Shown piece after piece: positions 19,009-28,613 of a stretch of DNA of 64,000 nucleotides. The translations under genes were made by a program, and so were the position numbers. The notes beneath the pieces are model-generated. The model did not search any database, was not told the DNA's origin, and was given only the letters and a program-made list of their open reading frames with translations. Every line of letters starts with the position of its first letter. Position 1 is the first letter of the stretch. The DNA lies in the NCBI GenBank assembly GCA_964494945.1, contig CAZBTX010000003.1:47897-111896 (forward strand), read 5' to 3'. The stretch comes from an uncultured Candidatus Saccharibacteria bacterium. Lineage in GTDB: Bacteria; Patescibacteriota; Minisyncoccia; Sungbacterales; JACQCQ01.

Positions 19009-20328
19009 GCGGTTTTTGATGTATTCCGCAAGTTTTTCTTTGGCGACGGCTTCCTGGGTTTCTTTCCGCAGGTCTTTTATTTGCGGATTTCCCGATAATT
19101 TTTCTTTTTCTCCGTAAATTAGGACGAAAGGAATTTCTTTTTTAACGGCGTAAGCGAGCTGGTTTTGAAATGACATATCATCGCCGATATACAACATTGA
19201 GCGAATTTTTTCTATTCTCAAGTTCTTAAGAACTTGAGAATAGTCGGAAGCCAGCTCTGGCGAAAGATTAAGCACTAAAACCTGAACGAGCGTTGCTTGC
19301 TTTTTGATCTTCCCCAGTTTTTCCAAAGCCGCCAAAAGCCGGTCTACGCCGACGGAAGCCCCCACCGCCGGCCAGGATTCACGGGAAAATCGCGAGGTCA
19401 GACCGTCAAACCGTCCGCCGGAAAATACTGAGCCGATTTCGGGAATGTCCGTCAGTACCGTTTCAAAAACCGAGCCGGTATAATATCCAAACCCTCTTAC
19501 GAGCGAGGTGTCATAGATAAGATATTTTTGCGGCACGCCGAGTTTCTCAACTTTTTCGCGCAGCGCCTTGATTTTGGTGGTTTCCAGCATATTTTCTCCG
19601 GAAATTTTCCAAAGATATTTCTCGGCGGCTTCGGGTGAAATCCCCGAGGCGCGGATTACTTCATTTTTCCATTTGTCGGGACTTAACTTATCTTTTTTAT
19701 CTACGGCGATAAGTAGCACTTTTCGATTATTTTCTGGGATACCGAATTCATCCAGGAGTTTCAGCATTTCTTCTTTGTCATTAAGCCGTATCTTGAAATT
19801 ATCAATGCCAAGCGTTTTCATGGCCTCGTACATCACTTGTATGACTTCAGCATCGGCATCCGCGGATTTAACACCCAAGATATCAATATCCATTTGCGTG
19901 AATTCTTTGTAGCGGCCGAATTGAGAGCGCTCGCCTCTCCATACATTCCCGATTTGGTAGCGCTTGAAGGGTTTGGGAATATCAGGATTAGCGGCAAGCA
20001 CTCGCGCTAAGGGTACGGTTAGATCAAAACGGAGAGATGCTTCATCTCGGTCAGTATCTTTTACTTCACCACGCACAGCCGGAGCAACACGAAAAATAAT
20101 TTTGTCAGATTCTTTATCCCCCGTGATTAGTACGTCAGTTCGCTCCACGGCCGGTGTTTCCATGGGGTCAAAACCAAACTTCTCAAAAACGCCGCGGATC
20201 GCCTCCATCATTTTTTGTTTAGCTATCATTTGGCTTGGTAGAACATCGCGAAAACCGCCGGGGAGTTCCGGTTTTATAAGTTTTTTCCTGTCTTTATCTG
20301 CCGGTTTAGGCATATATTCTCTCACCAT
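19003..20328 (-). CDS. hisS: histidine--tRNA ligase
   Basis: LRFDLTVPLAR, GRYKEFTQMDID, LVRGFGYYTG, GGRFD. Confidence 0.96.
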   Translation of the reverse strand: MVREYMPKPADKDRKKLIKPELPGGFRDVLPSQMIAKQKMMEAIRGVFEKFGFDPMETPAVERTDVLITGDKESDKIIFRVAPAVRGEVKDTDRDEASLRFDLTVPLARVLAANPDIPKPFKRYQIGNVWRGERSQFGRYKEFTQMDIDILGVKSADADAEVIQVMYEAMKTLGIDNFKIRLNDKEEMLKLLDEFGIPENNRKVLLIAVDKKDKLSPDKWKNEVIRASGISPEAAEKYLWKISGENMLETTKIKALREKVEKLGVPQKYLIYDTSLVRGFGYYTGSVFETVLTDIPEIGSVFSGGRFDGLTSRFSRESWPAVGASVGVDRLLAALEKLGKIKKQATLVQVLVLNLSPELASDYSQVLKNLRIEKIRSMLYIGDDMSFQNQLAYAVKKEIPFVLIYGEKEKLSGNPQIKDLRKETQEAVAKEKLAEYIKNRL

Positions 20329-20332
20329 GCCA

Positions 20333-20654
20333 TTTACCCCCACACCAAAACGCTTAGGCGGAGATAGATTCTTTTATCCTTTTTAATAATTGCTGTAAAG
20401 CGTGAGCGCGGAGTTTTAAGTTTTTCTCTCTGTACCTTGCCTCTTTCTCACTAGAGTACGCTTCGTAGTATACCAGTTTTAGTGGTTTCCGAAATTTAGT
20501 GGAAAATACCGCCCCAGAATTATGTAAAAGGATTCTTTTCTTTAGGTTATTCGTTGAGCCTATATAAAGCTTTTTGTCTTTTAGGCTTTTTAGGATGTAA
20601 ACAAAGAACATAGATAAATTTTAGCATATTTAAGCGTCTTGGTGTGGGGGTAAA
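20333..20654. mobile_element. CCCCCACACCAA inverted-repeat element carrying a GIY-YIG nuclease
   Basis: 24-bp IR with one mismatch: tttacccccacaccaaaacgctta / taagcgtcttggtgtgggggtaaa. Confidence 0.8.
20354..20611 (-). CDS. GIY-YIG nuclease (standalone, 85 aa)
   Basis: FVYILKS...LYIGSTNNLKKRILLHN...LVYYE...AREK-type motifs. Confidence 0.92.
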   Translation of the reverse strand: MFFVYILKSLKDKKLYIGSTNNLKKRILLHNSGAVFSTKFRKPLKLVYYEAYSSEKEARYREKNLKLRAHALQQLLKRIKESISA

Positions 20655-20693
20655 CTTGCTTTTTTCAACTTTTGCGTTATGCTCCAAATACTT

Positions 20694-20942
20694 ATGGAAG
20701 TGCCGATAGGAAAGGTGACGCACTATTACGGCAAGGCGGGAGTGGCCGTGGTGGCGCTCTCCGCGCCGCTTAAAATCGGCGACAGGGTAAAGGTCAAAGA
20801 CGGCGATCGCGAATGGGAGCAGGAAGTTGCTTCCATGCAAATAGACCACAAGCCGGTGCAGGCATCCGATACCGGGGACGAGGTCGCGATCAAGGTCAAC
20901 GACAAAGCCCGCGAGGGAGCGCTCGTGATAGTGGAGAGATAA
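20694..20942 (+). CDS. small translation-factor beta-barrel-like protein
   Basis: IGKVTHYYGKAGVAVV...LKIGD...VASMQID...GDEVAIKV. Confidence 0.7.
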   Translation: MEVPIGKVTHYYGKAGVAVVALSAPLKIGDRVKVKDGDREWEQEVASMQIDHKPVQASDTGDEVAIKVNDKAREGALVIVER

Positions 20943-21051
20943 GATAGAGCCGGAAAGAATTACAATTCTTTCCAAGATTCTTTGGTTGTGTAAAAATTAT
21001 TTAGCGACTAGCGACTAGTGGCTAGTTACTAATTCCTATGAACTAGAATAT

Positions 21052-21126
21052 GGCGGCTATGGTGTAGAGGTAACACAGGAGCTTGTGGAGCTCTTATCAC
21101 GGGTTCGATTCCCGTTAGCCGCCCCA
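21052..21126 (+). tRNA. tRNA-His(GTG)
   Basis: G-1:C73, acceptor GCGGCTA/TAGCCGC, loop TTGTGGA, encoded CCA. Confidence 0.95.
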
Positions 21127-21129
21127 GGC

Positions 21130-21534
21130 ATGGAAAAAGTAGTGTATCTAGATCCAATAAAAGTTGTTTACACGAATTCTTTTGGTGACCCGAGTCATTC
21201 AAATGCCTTTGTTAAATTAGAAGCAGTTGTTCCGTTAAGAGGCAATAAGTTTTATGCAACCTACAACTCTGAAACTGGTGAGTATTGTGCTTGCGCAAAG
21301 ATAGAAAATGAGGAACAGGCAAAGGTATTTAATCTCCCTGTCAAAACTTTGGAAGGTGGCTGGTATGCAGCCGCAGAATTAGAGGGCTCATTTAGAGATA
21401 TCGTGAGGAATATAGCTCCAACTTTCGCTGATTTAGCGAAGAACTATAAGACAGATCCTGCTAGACTGCCGATCGAGTTCTATAAACGGCATACACACGT
21501 CATTTTATACATGCCGATTATAAAAGAAAGCTAA
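21130..21534 (+). CDS. GyrI-like small-molecule-binding protein
   Basis: TLEGGWYA...G...IAPTF...PIEFY pattern; AT-rich; starts 4 nt after tRNA-His. Confidence 0.55.
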   Translation: MEKVVYLDPIKVVYTNSFGDPSHSNAFVKLEAVVPLRGNKFYATYNSETGEYCACAKIENEEQAKVFNLPVKTLEGGWYAAAELEGSFRDIVRNIAPTFADLAKNYKTDPARLPIEFYKRHTHVILYMPIIKES

Positions 21535-21734
21535 ACCCCCCTCACCGCCGTCTGAAGCACCACTCAATAAGTTCAGGACAAGGTAACCCTTTGACGGGCT
21601 CAGATCAAGCCGCTAGGTGATTCCAGAAAGTCCAAAAGTGAGACACAAGAAATCGAGAAATTGAAAATCGTCGGGGGCATCCCCGACGATTGCGAGCCTT
21701 TGTGGCCGCTCGCCTCACCGACTTCGTCCGAGTG

Positions 21735-22205
21735 CTACCGGTGCGTATGGCCGAGCATCTTCATGAGGCCGGTCACGTCGATGATCGCCCCGTGGGTATG
21801 CTCCTCGATCGTGACGATCTGGCCGCCCCTGCGGATGGCGACGTCGGTCGTCAGCGTCGCCGGGAAGTCCGCCTTGACCTCCCCCCAGAAGAGCTGTTTG
21901 GTGGTCTTCAGCCGGTTCTGGATCTCAGCGTCCTCGGACATCAGCGGCCGAACCCTCTCCTCGAGCGCCACCGCGTTCATCTGCTTGGGATCGATGTCGG
22001 CGATCACGTGAAGGATCCGCCGAAGGAACGCCTCGTACTCGGCGCCGATTTGCTTCACAACGCCCCAGAGGCGCAGGAGCTCATCCGAAGCCGTGCCCAC
22101 GACCGTTTCGTCGGGCTGGGGTTTCGACTCGGCTAGACCCGCCAGCACCTGCTGGGGGTCCACCTTCGCCATCGCGTCCGCGATCTTTCGCATCAGGTTC
22201 GTCAT
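21735..22205 (-). CDS. hypothetical protein
   Basis: AAGGAGG SD; 156 aa; high GC. Confidence 0.65.
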   Translation of the reverse strand: MTNLMRKIADAMAKVDPQQVLAGLAESKPQPDETVVGTASDELLRLWGVVKQIGAEYEAFLRRILHVIADIDPKQMNAVALEERVRPLMSEDAEIQNRLKTTKQLFWGEVKADFPATLTTDVAIRRGGQIVTIEEHTHGAIIDVTGLMKMLGHTHR

Positions 22206-22393
22206 CTGCCGCCTCCTTGTGGGTGGGGTAGCTGCGTCAGTAAAATAACAATAGATTCAGTTATTGTCAACTCAAGGATTTTTCTGATAGCATTGATTAG
22301 TATGCCGAAGCATTCCGTAGTGGGATTTAAAAATGAAATCTATAATTGGCATTTTCCGCCGCTTCCTTAGTCCTTAATTCTTACTGAATGGAT

Positions 22394-22501
22394 CCCGTTA
22401 GAAGCCGCGATCGCGAAAGAAATTTAAAGAATAAATTATGGCATTATTAAGAGATTATTATAAGCAGAAAGCGACTCTGATCGCGATCTGCTTCTAACGG
22501 G
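22394..22501. mobile_element. CCCGTTAGAAG...CTTCTAACGGG element inserted at a start codon
   Basis: Flanked by ATGGAT direct repeat (22388-22393 and 22502-22507). Confidence 0.8.
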
Positions 22502-23059
22502 ATGGATATTTTCGCGCACGCGCTCTGGTCGGGCGCTGTCTACAACAAAAAACGAGTGGGCTGGGCGATTTTTTTCGGCATAGCGCCGGATTTATTTTCT
22601 TTCGGCATTCTGATAGTCCTGCATCTTGCCGTAAACGGTTTTGTACCCATCGCCTTCAATCACGGCGACATCCCGCGACCGGAATTTGTGCCGCCGTTTG
22701 TATATTCTCTTTATAACTTCTCACACAGCTTGGTCGTCTGGGCAGTACTATTTGCCATCGGCTGGCTTTATTTCAAGCGACTGCCGTGGGAATTCACGGC
22801 TTGGGCCGTCCACATTTTAATTGATGTCCCCACGCATTCAGCCGCCTTTTTCCCCACTCCGTTCCTTTGGCCCCTGCCCCAACCCTTTTTCATAAACGGC
22901 ATTTCCTGGGCCACGCCCTGGTTCATGGCGGTCAATTACGGCGCCATAATCCTGATTTACGGTTATCTTTACTCCGTACACCGGAGGCGAATCAAAAATC
23001 TCGGCGGAGTCCCGCCTGGCCGGCAGGCAGGCGACACTTTGCGGAACACAACGCCCTGA
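22502..23059 (+). CDS. membrane-bound metal-dependent hydrolase (YdjM-like)
   Basis: MDIFAH, APDL, SHS and HILID motifs with TM helices. Confidence 0.75.
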   Translation: MDIFAHALWSGAVYNKKRVGWAIFFGIAPDLFSFGILIVLHLAVNGFVPIAFNHGDIPRPEFVPPFVYSLYNFSHSLVVWAVLFAIGWLYFKRLPWEFTAWAVHILIDVPTHSAAFFPTPFLWPLPQPFFINGISWATPWFMAVNYGAIILIYGYLYSVHRRRIKNLGGVPPGRQAGDTLRNTTP

Positions 23060-23152
23060 TGCCTCGGAGCTTATGCGCGAGGACGTTTTATTGCCGCTGG
23101 CGGGCGGCTTTACGCGTAAAGCAATAATGAGTTTGGGATTCTTGGAAAAGCG

Positions 23153-23187
23153 AAAAGCCGCCCCGCGTTTAACGCGGGGCGGCTTTT
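23153..23187. terminator. bidirectional intrinsic terminator
   Basis: aaaagccgccccgcgtt-t-aacgcggggcggctttt between convergent genes. Confidence 0.75.
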
Positions 23188-23240
23188 AACGGCTTAATCC
23201 CTACTTACTTCTGAATTCTTAATCCTTAATTCTAATCTTA

Positions 23241-24308
23241 TTACGGCGCCACTTCTCTAAAGTTCTGGATGGGACCGAATTGAGTAGTAACCGTTGCCTG
23301 TCCGGTCCCGCCCGCCCCCGTTACGGTGCAGGTCTGTGTTTGTAGTGGATTTACTTGAATGCTCCCGTTGATGGAGCCCGACCCGATATTTCCCGTGCAT
23401 GAGTAAGTGCCTGCGCCGCAAGATGACGCGGAAAGCGTCGTAGTTGCGCTTGGATTCACTGTTGAGGGAGTGAACGTAACCGTGCAGGAGGGGAGTCCGC
23501 ACGTACCGCTATTGCAGGAGCCGCTCTGGCACTGACTACCCGCGTTGCAGCTATACCCGTTGGGATTGGCGGGGCTTGATTCATTGTTATCACTACTGCC
23601 ACTGCACCCGGGGTCGGAGAGGTCTATTAAACCGTCACCGTCATTGTCGCTTCCATCCGCGCATTGTGTCGTCGGCGGAGCGCAGTTTGGGGTGCTGAAA
23701 GAGCCGCTTGAGATAAGATGGCCGTTTCCGGTGGAATAAGTGATGGGCGGCCCACTTCCGTACACAACCCCGACGCAAGCGCATTCTCCTTTCGGGTTGC
23801 AGACCGTTTCTCTGCAGGGGTTTGTGACAATGGTGGTGTTAACAGTTTTATACCGGACGTTGTATGAGTAATTGGTGTTGGAAGACGCGCCGCTCCAAGC
23901 ATAACTGCCGGAGCAGGCAAGACCGGTACCCGCGACAGCGCTATTGGCGGTAATCTCCGTGGTGGCGCAGGTTATGCTTATGGTAGTGCCATACGTATTT
24001 GCCGCGCACGCCGCTTGTTCTTCCGGCAACGGAGCCGCGCAATTCACGCCCATATTCCCGCTGTCAGCCCAAGTGAACGTCACACTGGTTTGCCCCCCAG
24101 AACAAGTGGCGACGGCGCTGGATGAACCGCAAGCGGGTGTGGCCAGCCCAAGACCCGTTTGGCTTGTCCACTGTAACGTAGAGGGCGACGGCAAATTGCC
24201 GCCGGGTGTTAACCCCAATGCGACCATCAGAATAAATAAAACCAGCGCAATCAGCACCGGTGGATGCGGGAGCAGATTATCCTTGAGAAAATGAGCGGCG
24301 TTCGTCAT
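23241..24308 (-). CDS. Cys/Ser/Gly/Thr-rich exported surface protein
   Basis: N-terminal TM; many Cys; CADGSDNDGDGLIDLSDPGC Ca-binding-like repeat. Confidence 0.7.
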   Translation of the reverse strand: MTNAAHFLKDNLLPHPPVLIALVLFILMVALGLTPGGNLPSPSTLQWTSQTGLGLATPACGSSSAVATCSGGQTSVTFTWADSGNMGVNCAAPLPEEQAACAANTYGTTISITCATTEITANSAVAGTGLACSGSYAWSGASSNTNYSYNVRYKTVNTTIVTNPCRETVCNPKGECACVGVVYGSGPPITYSTGNGHLISSGSFSTPNCAPPTTQCADGSDNDGDGLIDLSDPGCSGSSDNNESSPANPNGYSCNAGSQCQSGSCNSGTCGLPSCTVTFTPSTVNPSATTTLSASSCGAGTYSCTGNIGSGSINGSIQVNPLQTQTCTVTGAGGTGQATVTTQFGPIQNFREVAP

Positions 24309-24501
24309 GTCCTTATTATATGGCAGCCAGAATTTTTTTATCTCCCGGTTTATCCCCACACTTTCCCAGAGTACCCCGCGGGAAGGTGCGGGGATTTATT
24401 CACCGTGTTTATAAGTTGGGGTCAGTATACTTGTTAGCTACCAAACACGCCAATGACGCGCCGGAATTGAGCGCGCTTATTACGCGTGGTAAGCTGACGC
24501 C

Positions 24502-25551
24502 ATGGCAATAACGCTCTCTATCTCACAGTTCGATAGCGCTCCGGTGTTTTACGCTCGGCGCTTGCAAACTTTTCTCATTTCCCCCTTTTTCCTTATCATC
24601 TCAATTTCACTGCTTCTCACCGCCGCATTTTATGGGCTTGTTTTTGCGTGGAAAGGAATACTCGGCGTCATCCTGGGAACAACGCTATTCGCACAAACAC
24701 ATTTTATTCTTGGCTACGCATTTGCCTTTAACCGCCTCAAGGAAAGGACTCGCTCTTCGTACACCGCACTCGGAATATATGCCCTCTTTCTTGGCGGGAC
24801 TGCGCTCCTGTATCCCGCCCTCCAGGGTTTAACTATGACATTCTGGGGCGTGATGGCGATACTGGGGTACTTCTTCCTTCACTATTATGAAAACATCCTT
24901 TATTTCTGGGATGTGAACTTCGGCCCTCCCGTCTACTCGCGGCGTCCGCTGTATTTTCTTATGAGCGCGACCGCTTTTCTCGCGCTCCTTCCGTTCGCGC
25001 GGCTTTTTGGACCGCAGTTCGCTGGCGCGGCCATTTCTTATCAGGGCGTGAATAACTTCGCTTTTCTGCTCTCGGCTTCCGCGATTATTTTTTTTGCGGC
25101 ATTGCTTTTCCGAAACAGTTCCTACCAAAAAAGCGGCGGAATGGTCATGACCGCGGCAGCTCTGGTCGGCGCTATTGTCATCACTATCCTTATCGCCTCA
25201 TATTTTCTCAACTTTCTGGGCATTGCCTATCTTATCGTTATCTGGCATTTCTTTATGTGGCATATATTCTATTTCTGGAAATTATGGCGTCGGGCACCGG
25301 GACTTTCCCTTTGGCCGTCATTTATTAGAGAGGGCCGGGGCCCGCTGAACCTGTTTCTGGCTTACGCTACAAGCGGCGTGGTTCCGTTTACCGCGGCCAC
25401 GGCGCTTGTGGCCGCGCCTATACTTACATACTTTATGTTGAGCTACGACGGGGCGCGCTCCACGTTCCTCTTTAATCCTTTCTACGGCCAATTCGCGATG
25501 TTCGTCTGGGCGGTGCCGCACATTACTCTCTCCTTCGTCATCAGAAGATAA
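24502..25551 (+). CDS. polytopic membrane protein with His residues in TM segments
   Basis: About 10 TM; QTHF, LHY, WHFFMWH, PHI. Confidence 0.7.
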   Translation: MAITLSISQFDSAPVFYARRLQTFLISPFFLIISISLLLTAAFYGLVFAWKGILGVILGTTLFAQTHFILGYAFAFNRLKERTRSSYTALGIYALFLGGTALLYPALQGLTMTFWGVMAILGYFFLHYYENILYFWDVNFGPPVYSRRPLYFLMSATAFLALLPFARLFGPQFAGAAISYQGVNNFAFLLSASAIIFFAALLFRNSSYQKSGGMVMTAAALVGAIVITILIASYFLNFLGIAYLIVIWHFFMWHIFYFWKLWRRAPGLSLWPSFIREGRGPLNLFLAYATSGVVPFTAATALVAAPILTYFMLSYDGARSTFLFNPFYGQFAMFVWAVPHITLSFVIRR

Positions 25552-25602
25552 TATCCGCGCGTTATTGCCGCGGGGGGTCTCTTTAGCCGAGTGCGGGTGA
25601 CT

Positions 25603-27255
25603 TTAGGCGTTCTTTTGCCCGGGCAACTTCCACCATACGGCTAAAACAATAAAAGCAAAAAACAGGAACCAATTCCGGTATCGTACTGCCGGAGTGATTA
25701 TATCATTCGTGTGTAACTCCGCCGTGATAACCCTTTCCGAAAGGTCAGGACTTTCCAGCACAATTTTTCCAAAAGGATCAAGCATGAACGACCGTTCCCC
25801 GCTTGAAACATAAGAGAGCGCCCGCCTCGTTCCTGCCGCATTTATACGCGCCATGGCGATATTTTGCGCATGCAACACCGGCGACCCCCTCAAAATCGCA
25901 TCGGATGCCGTATACATGAGAATCTCCGCGCCCGCAGCAACTGTTTTTATATTCAAATTCGGCGAAAGTATTTCCGAACAGGTTAAGAGGCCTATTTTCC
26001 CAAAAGGAGACGAAAACACGCCAGCCCCGCTCCCCGACTCATACCATCTTAATTGCCGGTTTCTTTCAAGCCACGCGCCGCCATCAATGACTTTAGCCAT
26101 CCATTGAATAGCGTACGGCAGATATTCGCCATAAGGCATCAAGAACTGCTTTTCATAGAGTCCGATGACACCGCGCTGGTTATCAAATACCGCGGTGGTA
26201 TTTCTAGGTTTGAGAGCGTTTGGAACATGTTCCCACTTCGTCAGTAATATTTGGCGCTTAACGGGAGATAGAAACTCACCTAATTTATCATGACGGGATT
26301 TCTCGTCGGTAAGCGGTATTTGTGGGAACAGAACGGCGCTTTCCGGCACGGCAATAATATCGGCGGGCGGGTCAAGGGCGGCTGTTTCCCGCATCAGGCG
26401 TTTGTAGGTTGCTTCCGCACGGGCGATATAACCGGGTTTGACCCATTCTTCGGGGAAAAATGCGGCTTGTACGAGCGCAATGCGAACCATACTCTTCGGT
26501 TCATAAAAACGTGTACCGATTAGGCGCCCCAGAAATGTAAGCGCGATGAATACGAGCAGCAACAGCGCGCTGAAGAAAAGAACTGGTCTTATTCGTCGCT
26601 CTAGGCGATGCTGAAAGAAATCACGGATTATAACGAAGATAAACATATTCGGCAGGGCAACCAAAAAGCTCAAAAAATACACGCCGCCGATGGCTGAAAA
26701 CTGACGGAGCGCGTCATTGTCGGCCAGTCCGTATCCCAGAAGGGCAAACGCCATATTGTCCCCGACAATCGTTCCTTCCCCGTATCCCAGCGGATGAAAT
26801 GAAAAAAGAAATGTCCGCAAATATTCAAGAAGCGTCCAAAGCAGGGCCAAAGAGACGGTGTCAAAAAGAGTGCCCCTTACAACGCGGCGCGCGAGAACAA
26901 GGAAAATACCGAACGCGATGGCGAAATAACCGACCGGCAGAAACCAGCCGAACACCGCAAGCCACACGCTTCCCCAATAACTGTTGATTCCTATCCATGT
27001 CAGCGGCACGGCATCAAAAAACCACCGAAGATATGTTCCTACTGCCGCGACTCCCGCCAGCCAACCAAGTAAAAACAGCTCCTTTCCACTTTTAGTCGGG
27101 AAAGTAAGTATCAGAAGAAACGGCACCAGGGAAATCCAATACATGCCGGGCGCGATTTTTGGAGGCAAAGAAAAAGCAATAAAAAAACCGGCGCCAACCG
27201 CATACAACCCGTGCCACCAATGACTACGGCAATATCGCCCAAATACCCTTTGCAT
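25603..27255 (-). CDS. lnt: apolipoprotein N-acyltransferase-like
   Basis: TM region with WTLLEYLR plus nitrilase-fold triad (PES, YEK..LMPYGEY, TCSE). Confidence 0.85.
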   Translation of the reverse strand: MQRVFGRYCRSHWWHGLYAVGAGFFIAFSLPPKIAPGMYWISLVPFLLILTFPTKSGKELFLLGWLAGVAAVGTYLRWFFDAVPLTWIGINSYWGSVWLAVFGWFLPVGYFAIAFGIFLVLARRVVRGTLFDTVSLALLWTLLEYLRTFLFSFHPLGYGEGTIVGDNMAFALLGYGLADNDALRQFSAIGGVYFLSFLVALPNMFIFVIIRDFFQHRLERRIRPVLFFSALLLLVFIALTFLGRLIGTRFYEPKSMVRIALVQAAFFPEEWVKPGYIARAEATYKRLMRETAALDPPADIIAVPESAVLFPQIPLTDEKSRHDKLGEFLSPVKRQILLTKWEHVPNALKPRNTTAVFDNQRGVIGLYEKQFLMPYGEYLPYAIQWMAKVIDGGAWLERNRQLRWYESGSGAGVFSSPFGKIGLLTCSEILSPNLNIKTVAAGAEILMYTASDAILRGSPVLHAQNIAMARINAAGTRRALSYVSSGERSFMLDPFGKIVLESPDLSERVITAELHTNDIITPAVRYRNWFLFFAFIVLAVWWKLPGQKNA

Positions 27256-27261
27256 TATTTG

Positions 27262-28062
27262 TTAGAACGATCTATTTGCGTTTTCTGCTTGTCTCAAATT
27301 AGTTGTGATAGCGTCTTTAAACGCCCCAAGCCCGTTTTCGGCGGCCTCGGGATTATTCCCGGGATATGCTGCTTGCCAGTCAGCCAACGACAACCCATCA
27401 GCCAATTTTTGGGCGCTCTCAAAGGCCTTTTTTGCTTCTTCAAATTTGCCTAAATTAAGTTCGGCTACGCCGAGGCCGTTCCAAAGCCACGGATTTTTTT
27501 CGGCATTCAGTGCTTCTTTAAAGGCCGAGTTTAAAATTTTTTCCGCTTTTTCGTATTTTGCTTCTTTTTGCAAAATCCAGGCCAGGTCATTGTATCCCGC
27601 CCATTCCTTGGGCGCCCATTCTGTGAATCGGCGGAAGTCATCTTCGGCGGCCGCCAGATTGCCACCATATCCGTAAATCAGCCCGCGGACGTACAAAGAG
27701 CGTAGATTTTCCGGATTAGCTTCCAGTTCTTTGTTGATTTCCGCAAGCGCTTCAGCATATTTGCCTTTTACAAAAATAATTCGCGCCAGCTGGTAATGCC
27801 CCCATAGGATTTTAGGGTCGGCTACCACGGCCTTCCGGTACGCCCGCTCGGCTTTCGCCAAATCGTAAGCCCCGCCGTTAAAATAATAGTTGCCGAGTTG
27901 CATAGAAAGTCCGGCGTCTCGTCCCACAAGAGCCAGCGCGGCGGCAGGGGAGCGGTATTTTTGCCAGGCGGCATCCGCCAAAGAATCCCGCCAAAATAAA
28001 AAACCTAGGAGAAAGATCAAACAAACGGCGACAATAATTTCCCAGTGCTTCGCAAAGAACAT
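27262..28062 (-). CDS. TPR-repeat protein with N-terminal TM
   Basis: Multiple TPR-like helical repeats. Confidence 0.8.
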   Translation of the reverse strand: MFFAKHWEIIVAVCLIFLLGFLFWRDSLADAAWQKYRSPAAALALVGRDAGLSMQLGNYYFNGGAYDLAKAERAYRKAVVADPKILWGHYQLARIIFVKGKYAEALAEINKELEANPENLRSLYVRGLIYGYGGNLAAAEDDFRRFTEWAPKEWAGYNDLAWILQKEAKYEKAEKILNSAFKEALNAEKNPWLWNGLGVAELNLGKFEEAKKAFESAQKLADGLSLADWQAAYPGNNPEAAENGLGAFKDAITTNLRQAENANRSF

Positions 28063-28065
28063 TTA

Positions 28066-28350
28066 TTAGTGTGGTTTTATTCTCTTCTGCAAAAGGCCGT
28101 GTTCTGATTGTTTTTTTCTTCCTCTATTTCCGTCTTGCTCTATAGACCACTCCAGTAAGTTGATGTACCAATTTAGGTATCCAACAAGCGCTTGGGCTTG
28201 GCAATTCGCGCAGTCAAAACAAAGCTCGGTACACACTCTTTTCCCGAATCCCTTTTGAACGTCCTTTTTTAATTGTTTTGCGATTCGCAAAGAAACTTTA
28301 TCGTTCATGCACGTTTTTATCATTCCCAATAACACTTCGGACATTCCCAA
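28066..28350 (-). CDS. hypothetical small Cys-containing protein
   Basis: CTELCFDCANC cluster; start uncertain. Confidence 0.5.
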   Translation of the reverse strand: MGMSEVLLGMIKTCMNDKVSLRIAKQLKKDVQKGFGKRVCTELCFDCANCQAQALVGYLNWYINLLEWSIEQDGNRGRKKQSEHGLLQKRIKPH

Positions 28351-28595
28351 TACTCGACATGAGCATAGGATTTCGGATCCTTTTTCAAAACATCAACAAC
28401 CATGTCGCCTATACGGCGCTTAACAATGCCGGCTCGATAGGCCTTGTCCCACTCTTTTTTCTTAAATAGCGGAATCTTGCCGAAATAGTGTCCGCCCCGA
28501 TATCGGCCACCCCGATACTGTATAAGCCGGATGTTTCTCGCGCATATCGAACATTTCTTGAAGGATCGTTTCTTGATTTCTTTATGCACCACCAT
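28320..28595 (-). CDS. hypothetical Zn-ribbon-like protein
   Basis: CSIC ... CPKC. Confidence 0.6.
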   Translation of the reverse strand: MVVHKEIKKRSFKKCSICARNIRLIQYRGGRYRGGHYFGKIPLFKKKEWDKAYRAGIVKRRIGDMVVDVLKKDPKSYAHVEYWECPKCYWE

Positions 28596-28613
28596 GGAGA
28601 AGATAGCACTGAC

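Noticed and set aside
21085-21129. N-terminal extension of the 21085 ORF
   Set aside because: It overlaps tRNA-His; the true start is probably 21130.
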